Of a stretch of DNA of 64,000 nucleotides, positions 51,655 to 64,000 are shown in pieces (positions within the stretch are counted from its first letter, which is position 1; each line of letters begins with the position of its first letter). The stretch lies in assembly GCA_964234715.1 (NCBI GenBank), contig OZ174286.1. One strand, 5' to 3'. The DNA is from Podarcis melisellensis (Eukaryota). The position numbers were made by a program, and so were the translations under genes. A model generated the notes under the pieces. That model had not been told where the DNA came from and ran no database searches. It saw only the letters and a list, made by a program, of their open reading frames with translations.

Positions 51655-51873
51655 GAAGCCAGTGTGGTCTAGTGGTTAGAGAGTGTCAGAGTATGACCTG
51701 GGAGAGCAGGGTTCGAATCCCCACTCAGCCATGAAGCTCACTGGGCAGTCGCTCACTCTCAGCCTAACCTACCTCACAGGGTTATTGTAAGGATAAAAGG
51801 GGGGGGGGAGAACTGTGTGCCCCCTCCTTGAGTCCCTTGAAGGAAGGGTGGGATGTAAATGCATTAAATAAAT
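51655..51873 (+). mobile_element. tRNA-derived CORE-type SINE (Squam2/MIR-like)
   Basis: A-box gtggtctagtgg, B-box gggttcgaatccc, cctacctcacagggttattg core, L2-like tail ending taaataaat. Confidence 0.82.
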
Positions 51874-52776
51874 TGGCATCAGACATGATCACCCTGCTGC
51901 CACTGGGTGCTCGCTGGAGACTGTTGCTCTCGCTGGCACTGCATGGCAGTGTTGGCATCTTCCTCATTTGTTGTCTATTTAAAAAGAAACTATTTAAATG
52001 TCACTTCTGCACTTCTTTGTGTCCTTAATTAGATGGCCTTTAGTTGTAAGCTTTAATAACTTTTTAAATCCAAGGCAAATAAAAAACACCGCCATTCTCA
52101 AGTATCAAAGCGCTGTATTGAATTGAAGTAGCAGGCAAGCACACAGTAACCGCCAGGCCTGTAAAATAGAGATGAAAAAGGTTAAATTATAAGGAGCCTG
52201 AGGAATAAAAAAAATCTTTACATTCACTTTTAAATGCTGACTCGTCAACGCGGTATCCGGAGCAAGATTGGAACAACATGGAGGCCTGCTGGTTATACAG
52301 ATGTAGAAGAAGCAAGAGGAGAACCACAGTCCAGATGGCAGATAGCTGACACTCTTGCTGGCAGCCTTATCTGTGGGGTTACGGCCAGAGAGAGTCCCAA
52401 AATGAGGCACAGATGGGAACGTAACTAGAGATCAGATCATGTAGTGATAGAAGCAATAAAGCAAGCATTCAAATACCAAGTTTAAGACTTTGAACAAATG
52501 CACAGCAGGGGGAGATCAGGAAACTCAGCACTTTGTTGGTGCTCTGTCATGTTTATGCAGTCGCCGCCCCACAGTCTTCTTGGTCCAGACATCATTAGAG
52601 GCAGCATACTGGGTTGGGGGGGGGCGCGTTATGTCTTCCAACCAATGGGACTAGTCTTCTTTTCTTGAGGTAAGGAGAGGAGTAGTATTAGTAGAAATAT
52701 TAGTGAAGAGTGGAAAAAGTAGAACATTGAAGTGGGGATTTTGAATCCCCTGAATGAAAAGGATTACCAAGGTGGT

Positions 52777-52789
<13 letters not shown>

Positions 52790-52825
<36 letters not shown>

Positions 52826-52884
52826 TTATTATTTATACCCCGCACATCTGGCTGGGCGTCCCCAGCCACTCTGGGCGGCTTCAA
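52790..52884 (-). mobile_element. L2-type 3' end with (AAT)n tail microsatellite
   Basis: (aat)n then tttataccccgc...cccagccactctgggcggctt. Confidence 0.75.
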
Positions 52885-54198
52885 TGATATGCCACTTTGG
52901 GCGTGTCAGCCAAATGTAAATGCAGACCCTCAAAGGTTAACCTCATCCTTGAATCTTCCCCACCGAACTGGACATAAAATCCCTTGGCTGGATCATAACC
53001 TGCATTTATTAGTGGAAAGGGAATTCCACTGTAGTTGCTCTGAGAACTTCCAAGCTTTAATTTTAAAAACCTGCAAGATAGTTTCATATCCACTTTTCAA
53101 ATGGTGGATAATAAAATACCAGAGGTATTTTACAAATTCTGTAATGAAGTCTTATAGCTGATAAGCCCAGTTATGTGAATAAATAGTGAAAGAGCTGTTC
53201 ACAATCAATGAAAGAGCTGGTGTGAAAATAGTGTTTAAAGCAGGGCTACAAAATGCCAGATCTGGGGCGGTGAACGTGGCCCTCCAGGAGAGTCTGTTAG
53301 ACTCCCAGGACTCGCCATAGGTCATGCCTTGTCACCAGCCCTACTCTGCTCCCTCTCTGAGTGATTCTGCCTGACTGGAATGTGTCACTGGACTGAGATA
53401 ATGCAGGAGCCTAGATGGGGATGGGGGGGGGGGAGCCGGGCAAGGAATGGTCTTCTGGCTTTTGTGTGGCTGGAATGAAGCAAATACACCCATTGCTTTG
53501 CTTGCTGTGACTGTTTCCATCCCTGCTATGTGGTGCCTGGAAAACTGCCCATGGCCTTGGGCTGAAAAAGGTCCCCAGTCTGTCCGTTTGGGCTTGGCCA
53601 TGGCTTTGGGAAAATCACTATCCCAGCCTGTCGCTGGGAAACTTTAAAACCACTGGGAGCTCCTGGGAGCAAAGGTGAGACAGATATGTCCTAAATGCTT
53701 TCAAAACGATATTATTTTATTCACGCTTATCTTGAATTCAGCATTGTTCGAACAGAAATTATGAACAAACTGAAAACAGAATCTTGATCTCCATTTGTGT
53801 TTTAGAAGTCCTTGTTGGCTTTTTTCATTAATGTGGTAGGGCTTTGGGTTCGCCGATAGCTCAGATTTGAACCACTCCGTCTCCTTGCTTCTAGTGAATT
53901 AATGATGTGAATGTCTAAGCAGCCATCAGATTCATAAATCACCAGAAATGAGAAGGATAACACATAAAAGTCTTTTCCTTTTGTTTAGCAATTTATCATT
54001 TTGCTTGCACATTAATAAACAGAGCTCCCCTGAGGTAAGCAATGGAAAGATAAATTTTTCTTCCTAATTTTCTTAAATCGTAGCCAGTAGATCATAAGTG
54101 GAAAGAGTGGGCTTGTCAAAAGCACGTCGTACTGCTGTGGCGACTCTTTATATCCATAGCCAGTAGTAATAAATAAAGAGGCTCAGGTACTTGGGTAG

Positions 54199-54426
<228 letters not shown>

Positions 54427-54905
54427 TAAGGGCTGACAACATACAGGGATGATTGATGTATATAAATCGTGCAAGAGTGAAACGCCTTATTTGGTGTTTT
54501 AGATACTTTTATTAACCACTGTTTATCGTGTCCCATCAAAAGGAAATTAAATTAAAATTTCTAAATGAAGTTGCAGTTTTGAAAAGCTTTCTGAGGTGCA
54601 TTTAGTACAACAGAGCTTTCCAGAAAAACAAAAGACCCACAGCAAGCAAAGGTTTTTGGATAAAATGCTTTGGGCACAACTTTTGAAGAGCATTCTAGTT
54701 GTGCAACACATTTCTGGTTATGTTTGCATGGATGCATGTAGCCCTCAGTTCAACAGCATGTACCGCTTACTAACTGCTTTGGAGGTAGTAGTTTTGGTGA
54801 CATATAAGGATGTTGGGAGGCTGCTGGATTTGAAAGGTTAGACTTGACCTGCAAAACCCACTAAAATCGCCTGTTGCAATGGCTTGGTTATCACATAGAG
54901 CTAAA

Positions 54906-54907
<2 letters not shown>

Positions 54908-54951
<44 letters not shown>
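54908..54951. repeat. (TG)n microsatellite
   Basis: Direct reading. Confidence 0.95.
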
Positions 54952-54953
<2 letters not shown>

Positions 54954-55304
54954 CGTATCCCTCTTGTTTTAAATTGTTCTATTGCACAATTTCATAACAA
55001 ATTTTAAAAATGGGGTGGAAGAAATGAACTGCTCTTTCCAATTCTTTTGCTCTTTAGTTTCCTTGGAGGAAATTCCAAAAGGGCTGTTCTGAAATTCAGC
55101 CCCAAAATTATTTCAGTTTGGAATCTTTGCTGGAAATATGGTACAGCATAATATGTGGTAGAATCTGGTTAAGATGGATTCAATAACCATCTGTAGATAA
55201 CCATCCATAGATTATGGTTAATCTAAATATGTCCTGTATTTGACCATATGCTCATTTAATATTGTTAAGTTACAACCTTTATGCATGATCCTCATGTTTT
55301 GATT

Positions 55305-55838
55305 CAGGTAGGTAGCTGTGTTGGTCTGACACAGTCGAAATAAATAAAAAAATAAAAAAATTGTCCAGTGGCACCTTAGAGACCAACTAAGTTTGTTCTA
55401 GGTATAAGCTTTTGTGTGCATGCACACTTCTTCAGATACTCTGAAAGAGAAGTCACCAGACCCTTATATATAGTGGGAGGGTGGGTGGGGTTTTTCTCAG
55501 AAGGGTAGTAGGAGATGGGTGATTGACTCAATGGGTGTGGTAAACCTGTTGACGACTGCAATTAGACCTACAGGAAAAAGCAAGGGACAGTATGCAGATG
55601 ACCAAAAATAGCTTTAGCATATGTAACGAGACGAGAATCCAGTATCTCTGTTCAGGCCAGGTCTCTCCATAGTTTTCAGTTTAGTAATAAGTTGTAATTC
55701 AGCAACTTCTCTTTCAAGTCTATTTCTGAAATTCTTTTGTAATAAGACAGCTGCTTTGAGATCCTGTATTGGATGTCCTGGGAGACTGAAGTGTTCTCCT
55801 ACTGGCTTCTCTGTCTTGTGATTCCTGATGTCATATTT
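55305..55838 (-). mobile_element. Penelope-like element 3' end (GIY-YIG C-terminus plus pLTR)
   Basis: Minus-strand translation KYDIRNHKTEKPVGEHFSLPGHPIQDLKAAVLLQKNFRNRLEREVAELQLITKLKTMERPGLNRDTGF, the typical HF...H...RE..E.....L.T..P.GLN tail, followed by a hammerhead motif. Confidence 0.88.
55402..55439 (-). ncRNA. Minimal type I hammerhead ribozyme motif (core-mutated)
   Basis: Minus strand GTAT-CTGAAGA-AGTGTGCATGCACAC-AAAA-GCTT-ATAC. Stem I GTAT/ATAC, palindromic stem II, GAAA box reads AAAA. Confidence 0.75.
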
Positions 55839-56923
55839 ATTGATTTGTTGGATGTATGGATTATTTGGGTGTCTTCATTCTTTCTATCTGAAAAGTGAAG
55901 GATTTCCACATGCTTGTGTCATGTGTGCCAGTGCAGGTGAAATTCACACACATCCCCTTCGCATATTGCACAGGCAGTGTGAGCTAAGATTTTGCACGAG
56001 TCACACATGTTCTGTTGACTTTTTTGAGGTAGACCTAAAACCATTCTCAAGGTGAAGTTACACATGACACATGGAACCAACCTCACTGTGTTTAATTCCA
56101 ATGTACTTTTCCTAGGATCAAGCTCTGAAAATAACTATCACTTTTTTCTTATATCTTGACCCATTTTGGGCTACCTGAGCAGAAATGTGACATTAATAAG
56201 GTCTTGTTAATTGCAGGCTGATTTTTGCAACATCTAGTTTCTTTCACTTTGCTTCTTGGCTCAGATTAAGCTAAACAAAGTTGGGAAGAGATTAAGCAGT
56301 TGGGGGCCAAGAGGTTGAGGCAAGTTTAAACAGCAGGAGGAAGAACTAGAACACTCACTCCTGAAGGGGTTGGATACAGGGAAAGAAAAACCAACTTGGT
56401 TTGCTTTGCTTTCCTAATACAGTATGCTGTTTATAAGAGGGGGATTGCTACAATTGACTTGTGTTATTGAGAGTGACTCGATTTACATGAAGAAATTGGT
56501 TTACCTTTCTTGGATATTTTTATTCTAGAAAACCATGAAGCTGAGGGATAGCTTCCTATTGCAAGAGCATAGGCCCAAGTCCTTTGCTGGAATCCCAGTG
56601 AAACCAATGGGACCTACTCTCAAGTAAATGGGTTTAGCACACAAGGTGTTGCTCATGGATAACAGAGTGAAAAACTACAAAAATAAAATAAAATGACGGT
56701 ATTACCAGATGAATTCTTTCAGTAACTGTGGTTTTTTAAAATGTCACTTGATCTATATGCACTTAATGTGTAGCAATACATAGTTGGAATAAGATTCAAA
56801 ATGATACCAAAAAATCAAATTGTCCCAACTATAAAAAGGACTGTGGGAGTTAGATACACACACAGAGAGACCCCGTATACTGTGCATGTATAGGAAATCT
56901 GATAGGAAATTGGGCTACACAAA

Positions 56924-57138
56924 CATTGGCTTTAAGTTACAAGAAAGGAGATTCTGACTAAACATCAGGAAGGACAGTGGAGCAGACTTCCTTGGAAGGT
57001 GGTGAACTCTCCTTCATTGAAGGTTTTTAAGCAGATGTTGGATGACTATCTGTCATGGGTGCTTAAGTTGAGATTCCTACATTGCAGGGGGTTGGACTAG
57101 AGGACCTTTGGGGTCCCTTCCAACTCTACAGTTCCATG
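56924..57138 (+). mobile_element. CR1 LINE 3' end
   Basis: Same family as 17810: aaacatcaggaag...gcagggggttggactagaggacctttggggtcccttccaactctaca. Confidence 0.85.
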
Positions 57139-58424
57139 GAAATCTTGTGGGGAATACTGAACAGCAACAAACCAATTTTATCTTCATTCCTATTCTAATA
57201 ACGGAAACTCAGATTTGCCACATTAGGTTTGAGTGGGAAAGGGTGGGTCACACGTTAGAGAAGGGTGACTCATCACAGTATTACAATAGGATGGGCACAT
57301 ACATTTCTTAAAATATGCCTTTAATGAGTAATTTATAATCCTGAACAATATTTATATGCCATAGATCTCCGAGTAATGGGCTTTCCCCTAATTATTCCTA
57401 TTCCCCCCCCTATTTTGGGTTGAAATGTTGCTGAGCCCAAAAGTATTTGGTTGCACTTGTACTAGCATTGAAAACAGTAGTTTTCCATGTGCTCTTTGAG
57501 TTCTCCTTGTACATTTTCTTTCAAATCTTCCATACCAGATGGAGCTATGCAAAAAAAGCCCCCCCCCCAACTTTTAAGGCTTTAGAAAGTCTTGCATTCC
57601 CTCAGCTACCCAAGAAACAACAGGTTATCAATACTTCTGAGACATGGGGGGCAAGAGACTGTGTAGGTCATTGCTGTGTTTTGCTGTGTTTCCATTCACT
57701 GAATATGCAAAATTTTACACAAGCTCTACATATTTAGTAATACTTTGCCCTAGAAATAAGGAATGCAAAATATATAAACAGACAGAAGGGCTGGATTAAG
57801 TTATTGTAGCCATTTAAAAATACAAAGAGCATAAAAAAACCAGATGTCTCTTAGCATCAGATCCCCCCATAAGCCTTAAATAATGCCATATCAACCCATT
57901 GGTTTTGTTCATTTGAAGATTTGAGTTTTCATAGATGCTCCAAACTAAGCTTCATGAGATGAATTCTGTGCATAGGTTGATCTGTGCATTGCACTTCGCA
58001 GTGCGAGTGCGATGTGTGAGAGTGTGAATGCTCTCCTGGTTATCCACATGGGGGATCATTCAAAAGTGTCATCCCCTGTCCGAGTGTGAAAGATCTCAAA
58101 AGAGCTGTGATATGTGAACCTTCTGACTGTGTGTCTCAACTGCAGGTGGCCAGTGATGATCACCAGCAGTGATGCTTGCTCAGCCTTATACAATATGATG
58201 CTATGTCTGCCTGGTGGATAAGGCACCCAGAAAGAGCATGCAATGTCCCCCACCAGAGATACTGCCCCTCCCCTAACACCCCAGCAAAATTCCATTAGAG
58301 CATTACAAATTTTAAAAACACTCTTTATATAAGAGCATACCAATATACAAATAGAGAAAAAGCAGCAATTAAATATATCAGCATGCAGTAAACCATATTT
58401 GCAGATCAGACCAGGTGAGCAGTA

Positions 58425-58613
58425 CGGTCGTACCTTGGAAGTCAAACGGAATCTGTTCCAGAGGTCCGTTCAACTTCCAAAACATTCGGAAACCAAAGTG
58501 CAGCTTCTGCAGCCAATCGGAAGCCGCAGATGTTCAGCTTCCACAAATAGTTTGCAAACTGGAACAGCTGAAACATTCGAGAACTAAGCTGTTCAAAAAC
58601 CAAGGTATGACTG
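58425..58613. mobile_element. Tc1/mariner (Tigger-like) MITE
   Basis: TA-cggtcgtaccttgg / ccaaggtatgactg-TA. Confidence 0.8.
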
Positions 58614-60043
58614 TATTGTTAATAATATTGTTAAGCCAAATCCTACAATAAATTAAATTTAACCACCAAAACTTAATTATAAAAAGCCCAATCAAACAGG
58701 GCATTCTTTACCTGTCTTCCAGTGAAAGTTGTCAGCTAGAACAACCAAAGTGGCTTCTGTTCTCAAACTAGTCTGAAAGTCAGATTAAAATAGGTCTAAA
58801 TCCTCAATGTTATCTAGCAACTTGCTGAGTAAGGGAAGAAAATCAACAGAGAAAACTGGCATGGCGTCACCACCAACTCCTTCAGGGAGGCAGGGAAAAC
58901 TAATAAAAGTGCTTCTGTCATTTCAAAATTATAATCTCTAAAAACTTCTGCTTTAAGGAGATTCTAGTGGTTATAATTTGGAAATGACGAAAGTTCATCC
59001 GTCTTCAGTACTGCACCAGCAACCTGTTTTAACAATGGTTTATGTATAGCAATACTCTTTTTCAGGAAGAGAAATACAGTTTGTTATAAAAGATAAAATA
59101 AAACAGATAATGGGTAAGCACTGGTGGAAATTGTAAAGAAACCATTATTGCCTCTTATTCAGTAAGAAAACTAAAACTACAATGGAAGTGCAATGAAAGG
59201 AAAATTTAAATAAAGTAGAAAACATCAACTTCATCCAATGGAAGTTAGCTAAAGAACACTTCAGGAGTAAAAATAATCTGAGTGTTAAACACAGTGCAAA
59301 CATGATGAGTCAAGAGCACACAATTTTTGTTAATCGTTTAGTAGGAGACTGCCAGAATAAATATTGCATATATAATAGAACAAAGCACATTTCAGAGCTA
59401 TATATTAAATATATTGATGCTACGCAGAATGCCTCTAAATAAATTTGTTGAAATGAAACAAATGTTACAAACTGGTAGGCATTTGTCAAATGAAGCAGCT
59501 GAATAAAACAACGCATGTATCTAAAAACGCAAAGAAATAAAATTTATCCAACTGGAACCTCTGCTTGGCTGATGCTGCCGTGGCATTTGGAAAACTATTA
59601 GACCAGAATTCAGCAGGATGAGCAGATGAAACAAAACATTATGATGCCGATCCCGGTTTAACGTTTTGCTGCATGTGGCTAGAGAACAATGGTGACTGGA
59701 TGAGGATCATGATGCACCTCAACATCAAATGAGCATTCATGTCAACTTCACAGCCGATTCCTTTCCCTTGCTAAGAGAGCTCTACTGGCTGCAGTTCAGC
59801 AGTCGGCACACAAGAGGCAGGCAGTTGCTAGCGCTGGTTAAGGAAAACGAAAGCAGCCCTTAGGCCACTGGAGCTGTCCCTCCCTCGGCTTTGGCTTGCA
59901 GGTGGTTTTTATTCTGAGGCTTCTTGAACTAGGGCAGTTGGTTCTCCAAAGGGTGTGACGCGCCAGCCTGGTGTGGCAGGAGAGGATGGCAAGTGTGGCG
60001 GAAAGATTCAAGGACAAGGAAACATTTAAATATTTCATTGTAG

Positions 60044-60097
60044 TGTGTGTGTGTGTGTGTGCGCGCGCGCGTGTGCATGCGTGTGTGTCACACACAT
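60044..60097. repeat. Mostly alternating purine-pyrimidine tract (TG)n(CG)n
   Basis: Direct reading; Z-DNA-prone composition. Confidence 0.85.
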
Positions 60098-62745
60098 ATG
60101 CAGAATATGGATAGATATTCAGAAGCCCTGGCTGTTCTTCTACAGTTCTCCACGACTTATTGCTATAATCAGGGATTTTCAACTTTGACAAATGTGAAAG
60201 ATCAGAAAAGAGAAAAGCTTCTTGATGCTGATGAGGAGATAAGAGCTTGTCTCAAATTAGACCTAATATAAATGAGATGGCCCAGCAAAAGCCATCTCAC
60301 ACATCTCATTGAGTTTGCATAGATACTTAAGGTACATTTATAATTACGTTTTTGGGAGTGATTCCTGTTCTTATGTAGCTGCATTGTTTAATACTTTCTG
60401 GATGTCCCGTGATCATAAAGTAGCTGTGTTCTGTGTTATAAATCAAGCATTGCTAGGAGTTGTTACTTTTTGTTTTCCACTGTATTTCTTATCAATAAAA
60501 AAATTTGGTGTGGCACGAGCAAATTTTTATACGGAAAGTACGGCCCAGAAAAAGAAGTTTGAGAACCACTGGACCAGGGCATCTAAGCTTTGGAGGAATG
60601 AAATTTTGTGCACAATTATGTACCCACTGGCATTGTTTAAAAAACCTGCACAAATACTTTCATGCGTCCTTGGGCCCCTTGGAGTTGGGTTTCTCAAACA
60701 ACACCCCCCCTCCCAACAAAAATCCATGCTATGTGGGATCTTCTTTTGTAACTAAGAGAGCAGAGAGGAAGTCAGAAGTAACAATAACACAACTAAGCTC
60801 TCAGATACATGTCATATAGTTCTCATGTACAACTGAAATTGAAAAGACTTCAAACTATATGGTGGTGGCTCGCCACCTAAATTTAAAAATAAATGTTAAT
60901 TTAAATAAATTGCAGCTTCTCAAGGAGAATTTGGTAAGGGAAACCTGAACAATTTATCAAAGGATATAAAAATGCCATGGTAGTTTACTATGCTGTAGAA
61001 ATTGAAGTGAATGACTGAGAGATGAAAATCAGAAAGAGGTTCTTCGTTTCCAGCAGCCAGATTTTATGGATCTTTTTTGGTGCTTTCACAGTTTTCTTAA
61101 AACCGGGGCTTGTATATCTGTTATGGACTGTTTTGACAAACGTGCACAAAAGAGAATACTGTATATCTTAACAATTAACAACAGCTGTTTTGAGGTAAAT
61201 TCCACAACTGTGACCAGCAACAATGTGACCTACTTAGGAGGACAGCCACAAAATAGCCACAATGTTTGGTTTTGATTATAAGGTCTGCTTTTCTTCTTCT
61301 TGAAGTCAGTTCCATAAAATATGATGCCCTCATGTAATCGAAATGTAATTTGCTGACCTGCTTTACCTCCAGTTTTAAAATTTTAGAGAATGGGGATTAG
61401 AGGCAAAGAAGGTTGCAGCCGTAGGAGCAGAGAGTTCACGGGAAATGAAAAAAGGAATAAAATATAAAGCCAGTCCATGCTGGCACATTCCTTCTGAAAT
61501 CTGTTACAATATTGGAAATGGAATAAAAAACTGAGTTGTTGTTTTTCGTTAAAACCTTCTAATCTTTGAACACAAACACATTAATGGTGTTCTCCCTTAG
61601 TTTTTAAAACCCCTGGTCTGTTTCTCTTCTTGCAGAGTTTTAGAAACACACTGTAAAATGTGAAACAAACATAAGGACAGATTAATAAGGGTGTGTGTGT
61701 TTGCCTTCCTGGTTTTGCTGTACATAGAACTTCTCTGCAATCCAACAGAATTAGGCCCATGGAGAACAATAGGCACCTAACTCTTCTCTAGTGCATATTA
61801 CCTGGAGTGTTCATGTTGTGAAAGAGTAGTATAAATTATGAGACAGAGCCTCCATGAAAATCCCCAGTTCTGTGGAGCCCCGTTCTTGCATTTTTTTGGG
61901 TGGGGGTCTGTTCCCACCCGCTCCCCAAAACCCATTTTCTAAGGGAGAAAAAACTTGAGTGAAGAATTTCTCTGGGTAATGGGGCATTTAGTCTATTGTA
62001 GCAGACCACCCCGTGGCACAAGCATCTGTAGGCACTTCATTCCAAAAGAAAGAAGAGAGAAAACACAAATTTGCATATACTCAGCAATTGTAGACTTTTT
62101 TTATTTGAAACCCCCTCAATACGGTACATGAGGTGAGCCTGAAATTTCAAATCCATTTGTGTTATAAGCATAAACTGCTCTAATTCTCAGGTTTTCCACA
62201 AGAAGCCCTGGGAATTGAAATGGGCTGTGTGTGAAATACTCTTTTTGCTAGCTAGTCAAGACTGGACAGGTTTATTTACTATCACCTTCTCTTGCTATAC
62301 AGATGTGAGTGGTCTTTACAGCTGGGCCAATGCTGTATGGGTACTGGCCATAGAAATCACTGTATCTGGACTAGCCCTATGGATAATGGCTTTGCAGTTC
62401 AGTTCTGCATTGCTGATCCGCAGGCCCTCTTTGCTCCTTAGCATCAAACAACAGCGCCCTGCACAAGTACACTCTTACACGCATTAGTGTAGCCAATGGA
62501 ATGCCTTCAGAGGTTGCGTGTGTCCAACTCTTATCAGCCCATCCAGCACGGCCAACAGTCAGGGATGCTGGGAGTTGTACTCCAAAAACATGGGCTGCCT
62601 GGTCTCTGCAGATATATTGTTTTTGTTGTTATTTTATTATATTTATTACCTTACCTTCACCAGTGGGTCCCAGGGCAAGTTACAACAATTTAAAATTCAG
62701 TATTAAATACCAATTGGGGTTTAAACACAGAGGTTTGCAGCCATA

Positions 62746-62833
62746 AGGCTGCAGTGTTAGCTTGCTTAAGGAATAAGTCCCATTGATCTTGGTGGGATTT
62801 ATTTCTGAGTAAGCAAGTTTAGGATCCCACTGC
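62746..62833. mobile_element. Short palindromic squamate MITE (similar remnants near 13160-13232 and 15995-16050)
   Basis: taagtcccattga...ggtgggatttatttctgagtaag inverted core. Confidence 0.55.
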
Positions 62834-64000
62834 ATATTGTTGCATTCCATTTTGCACCTGAGAAAAACTATGCCTGCCTCCCGTTATGACTTGTAGGAAT
62901 ATTGCAAGTTAGTCACTTCTGCAAAAGCAAAGAGAAAGCACAATAACAAAAATGGTTTGCTCAGTATTTTTTAAGAGTAGATTGAAACCTGCCTGTACTA
63001 AAATCTGGAAAAGCTGTAGGAAAAGGCAAACTGTTCAATAACAGCTATTTATTGCAATAACAAACTTTAGATAAAGAAAAAGAATGGATGACATGGTGTT
63101 TTACAGTAGTTTTATTGATAATCTTGCAGTGTTATGTTCCTCTGTGTGAAGCAATTTCTTTAATCTTGGCTCATGGTCCACTCTTTCATATGTCTCTAGA
63201 TCTTATTACAAGGGGGAGAGAAAATCAATTGGTTAAATGTGTTTTGAACACCATGCTTGTCATATCACTCATTTGTTTGCAAAGATGGAAAGCTCAGACC
63301 ATCCAGAATGTCACCTAAAGAATTTCTATCAGTGCCGTTTGGTTGCAGAAACTGATGGATTAACCTCTTTCCCCTCTGAAATTAGTGATCAATGAGCCTC
63401 AATGTAGAAATATTCCGGTGGGAAAGCCCTGCTCCCCCTTCCAGTTAAACAACAATAAATGTCTATTAAAGCCCATTATGCATGCTAATACCTGTCATCA
63501 CTTCATTACTCTACTGTATTTCCCAGAGTATGCTCTAGCCTAAACAGCCAGGCTCTGGCAAAATGGTACTGGGAAACTGCTCTCTAGGTCTTGTAATGTA
63601 GAAATGAATAGATTGGATCAAAGCCTCTGAAAAATATAATGGAGCATTGCAAGTTTTTTTTTGCCGGTGGCTTACCATCAAAATTAAGATCCAATGGTCT
63701 TTTTTAAATTTAATAAATTACTGTAATTTATTTAATTGCCTACAAAAATGCACACGTATCATATTTGCAGGAATCAAAGTGCATTGTAATGTCAGTGGTG
63801 GGTTTAATGCAAATTTAGAGTCTGCCATCATAATTATTGTTATGATTAAGCACATTAGCTGAAAACATTACTCTGAAATAGGTGAAAGAATTTGAATTCC
63901 TTCTGAAGAACAATTCTCGCTCCTGACGATGCACTTTTGTCCAATTGACTACAGCTCATAAAGAGGTGTGGAGGAGGTTCGATGCGAATAGGTTACTGTT

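Noticed and set aside
59190-59760. Stop-poor A-rich stretch suggesting a coding remnant
   Set aside because: No motif recognised in manual translation; no TIR or TSD found.
60170-60571. Possible hAT element ending aagtttgagaaccactg
   Set aside because: The right end is hAT-like, but no matching left TIR or TSD could be confirmed.

Overview
Vertebrate genomic DNA from a squamate, most likely a lacertid lizard (inferred from the Sauria SINE subfamily and the repeat landscape). The whole window lies inside GLI3 on the + strand. Four internal coding exons, equivalent to human exons 4-7 (106, 206, 147 and 202 bp, canonical AG/GT, consistent phases), encode the N-terminal repressor region up to the SUFU-binding SYGHL motif. 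The introns are dense with transposable elements: a full-length L1 with both ORFs intact and an 18-bp TSD, Sauria and Squam SINEs, CR1/L2/BovB ends, hAT and Tc1/mariner MITEs, a solo LTR, a Penelope 3' end carrying a hammerhead ribozyme motif, and a truncated U6 retrocopy. The standout is a 1433-bp non-autonomous hAT element in intron 4 (10523-11955; perfect 15-bp TIRs, perfect 8-bp TSD). Its interior is a captured CpG-island promoter with what looks like the first coding exon and splice donor of CDAN1 (codanin-1), plus a second, divergent promoter facing the GLI3 sense direction. This is a Pack-type DNA-level gene and promoter capture, and the ORF track does not show it. All family and gene assignments come from recalled sequences, not database searches.
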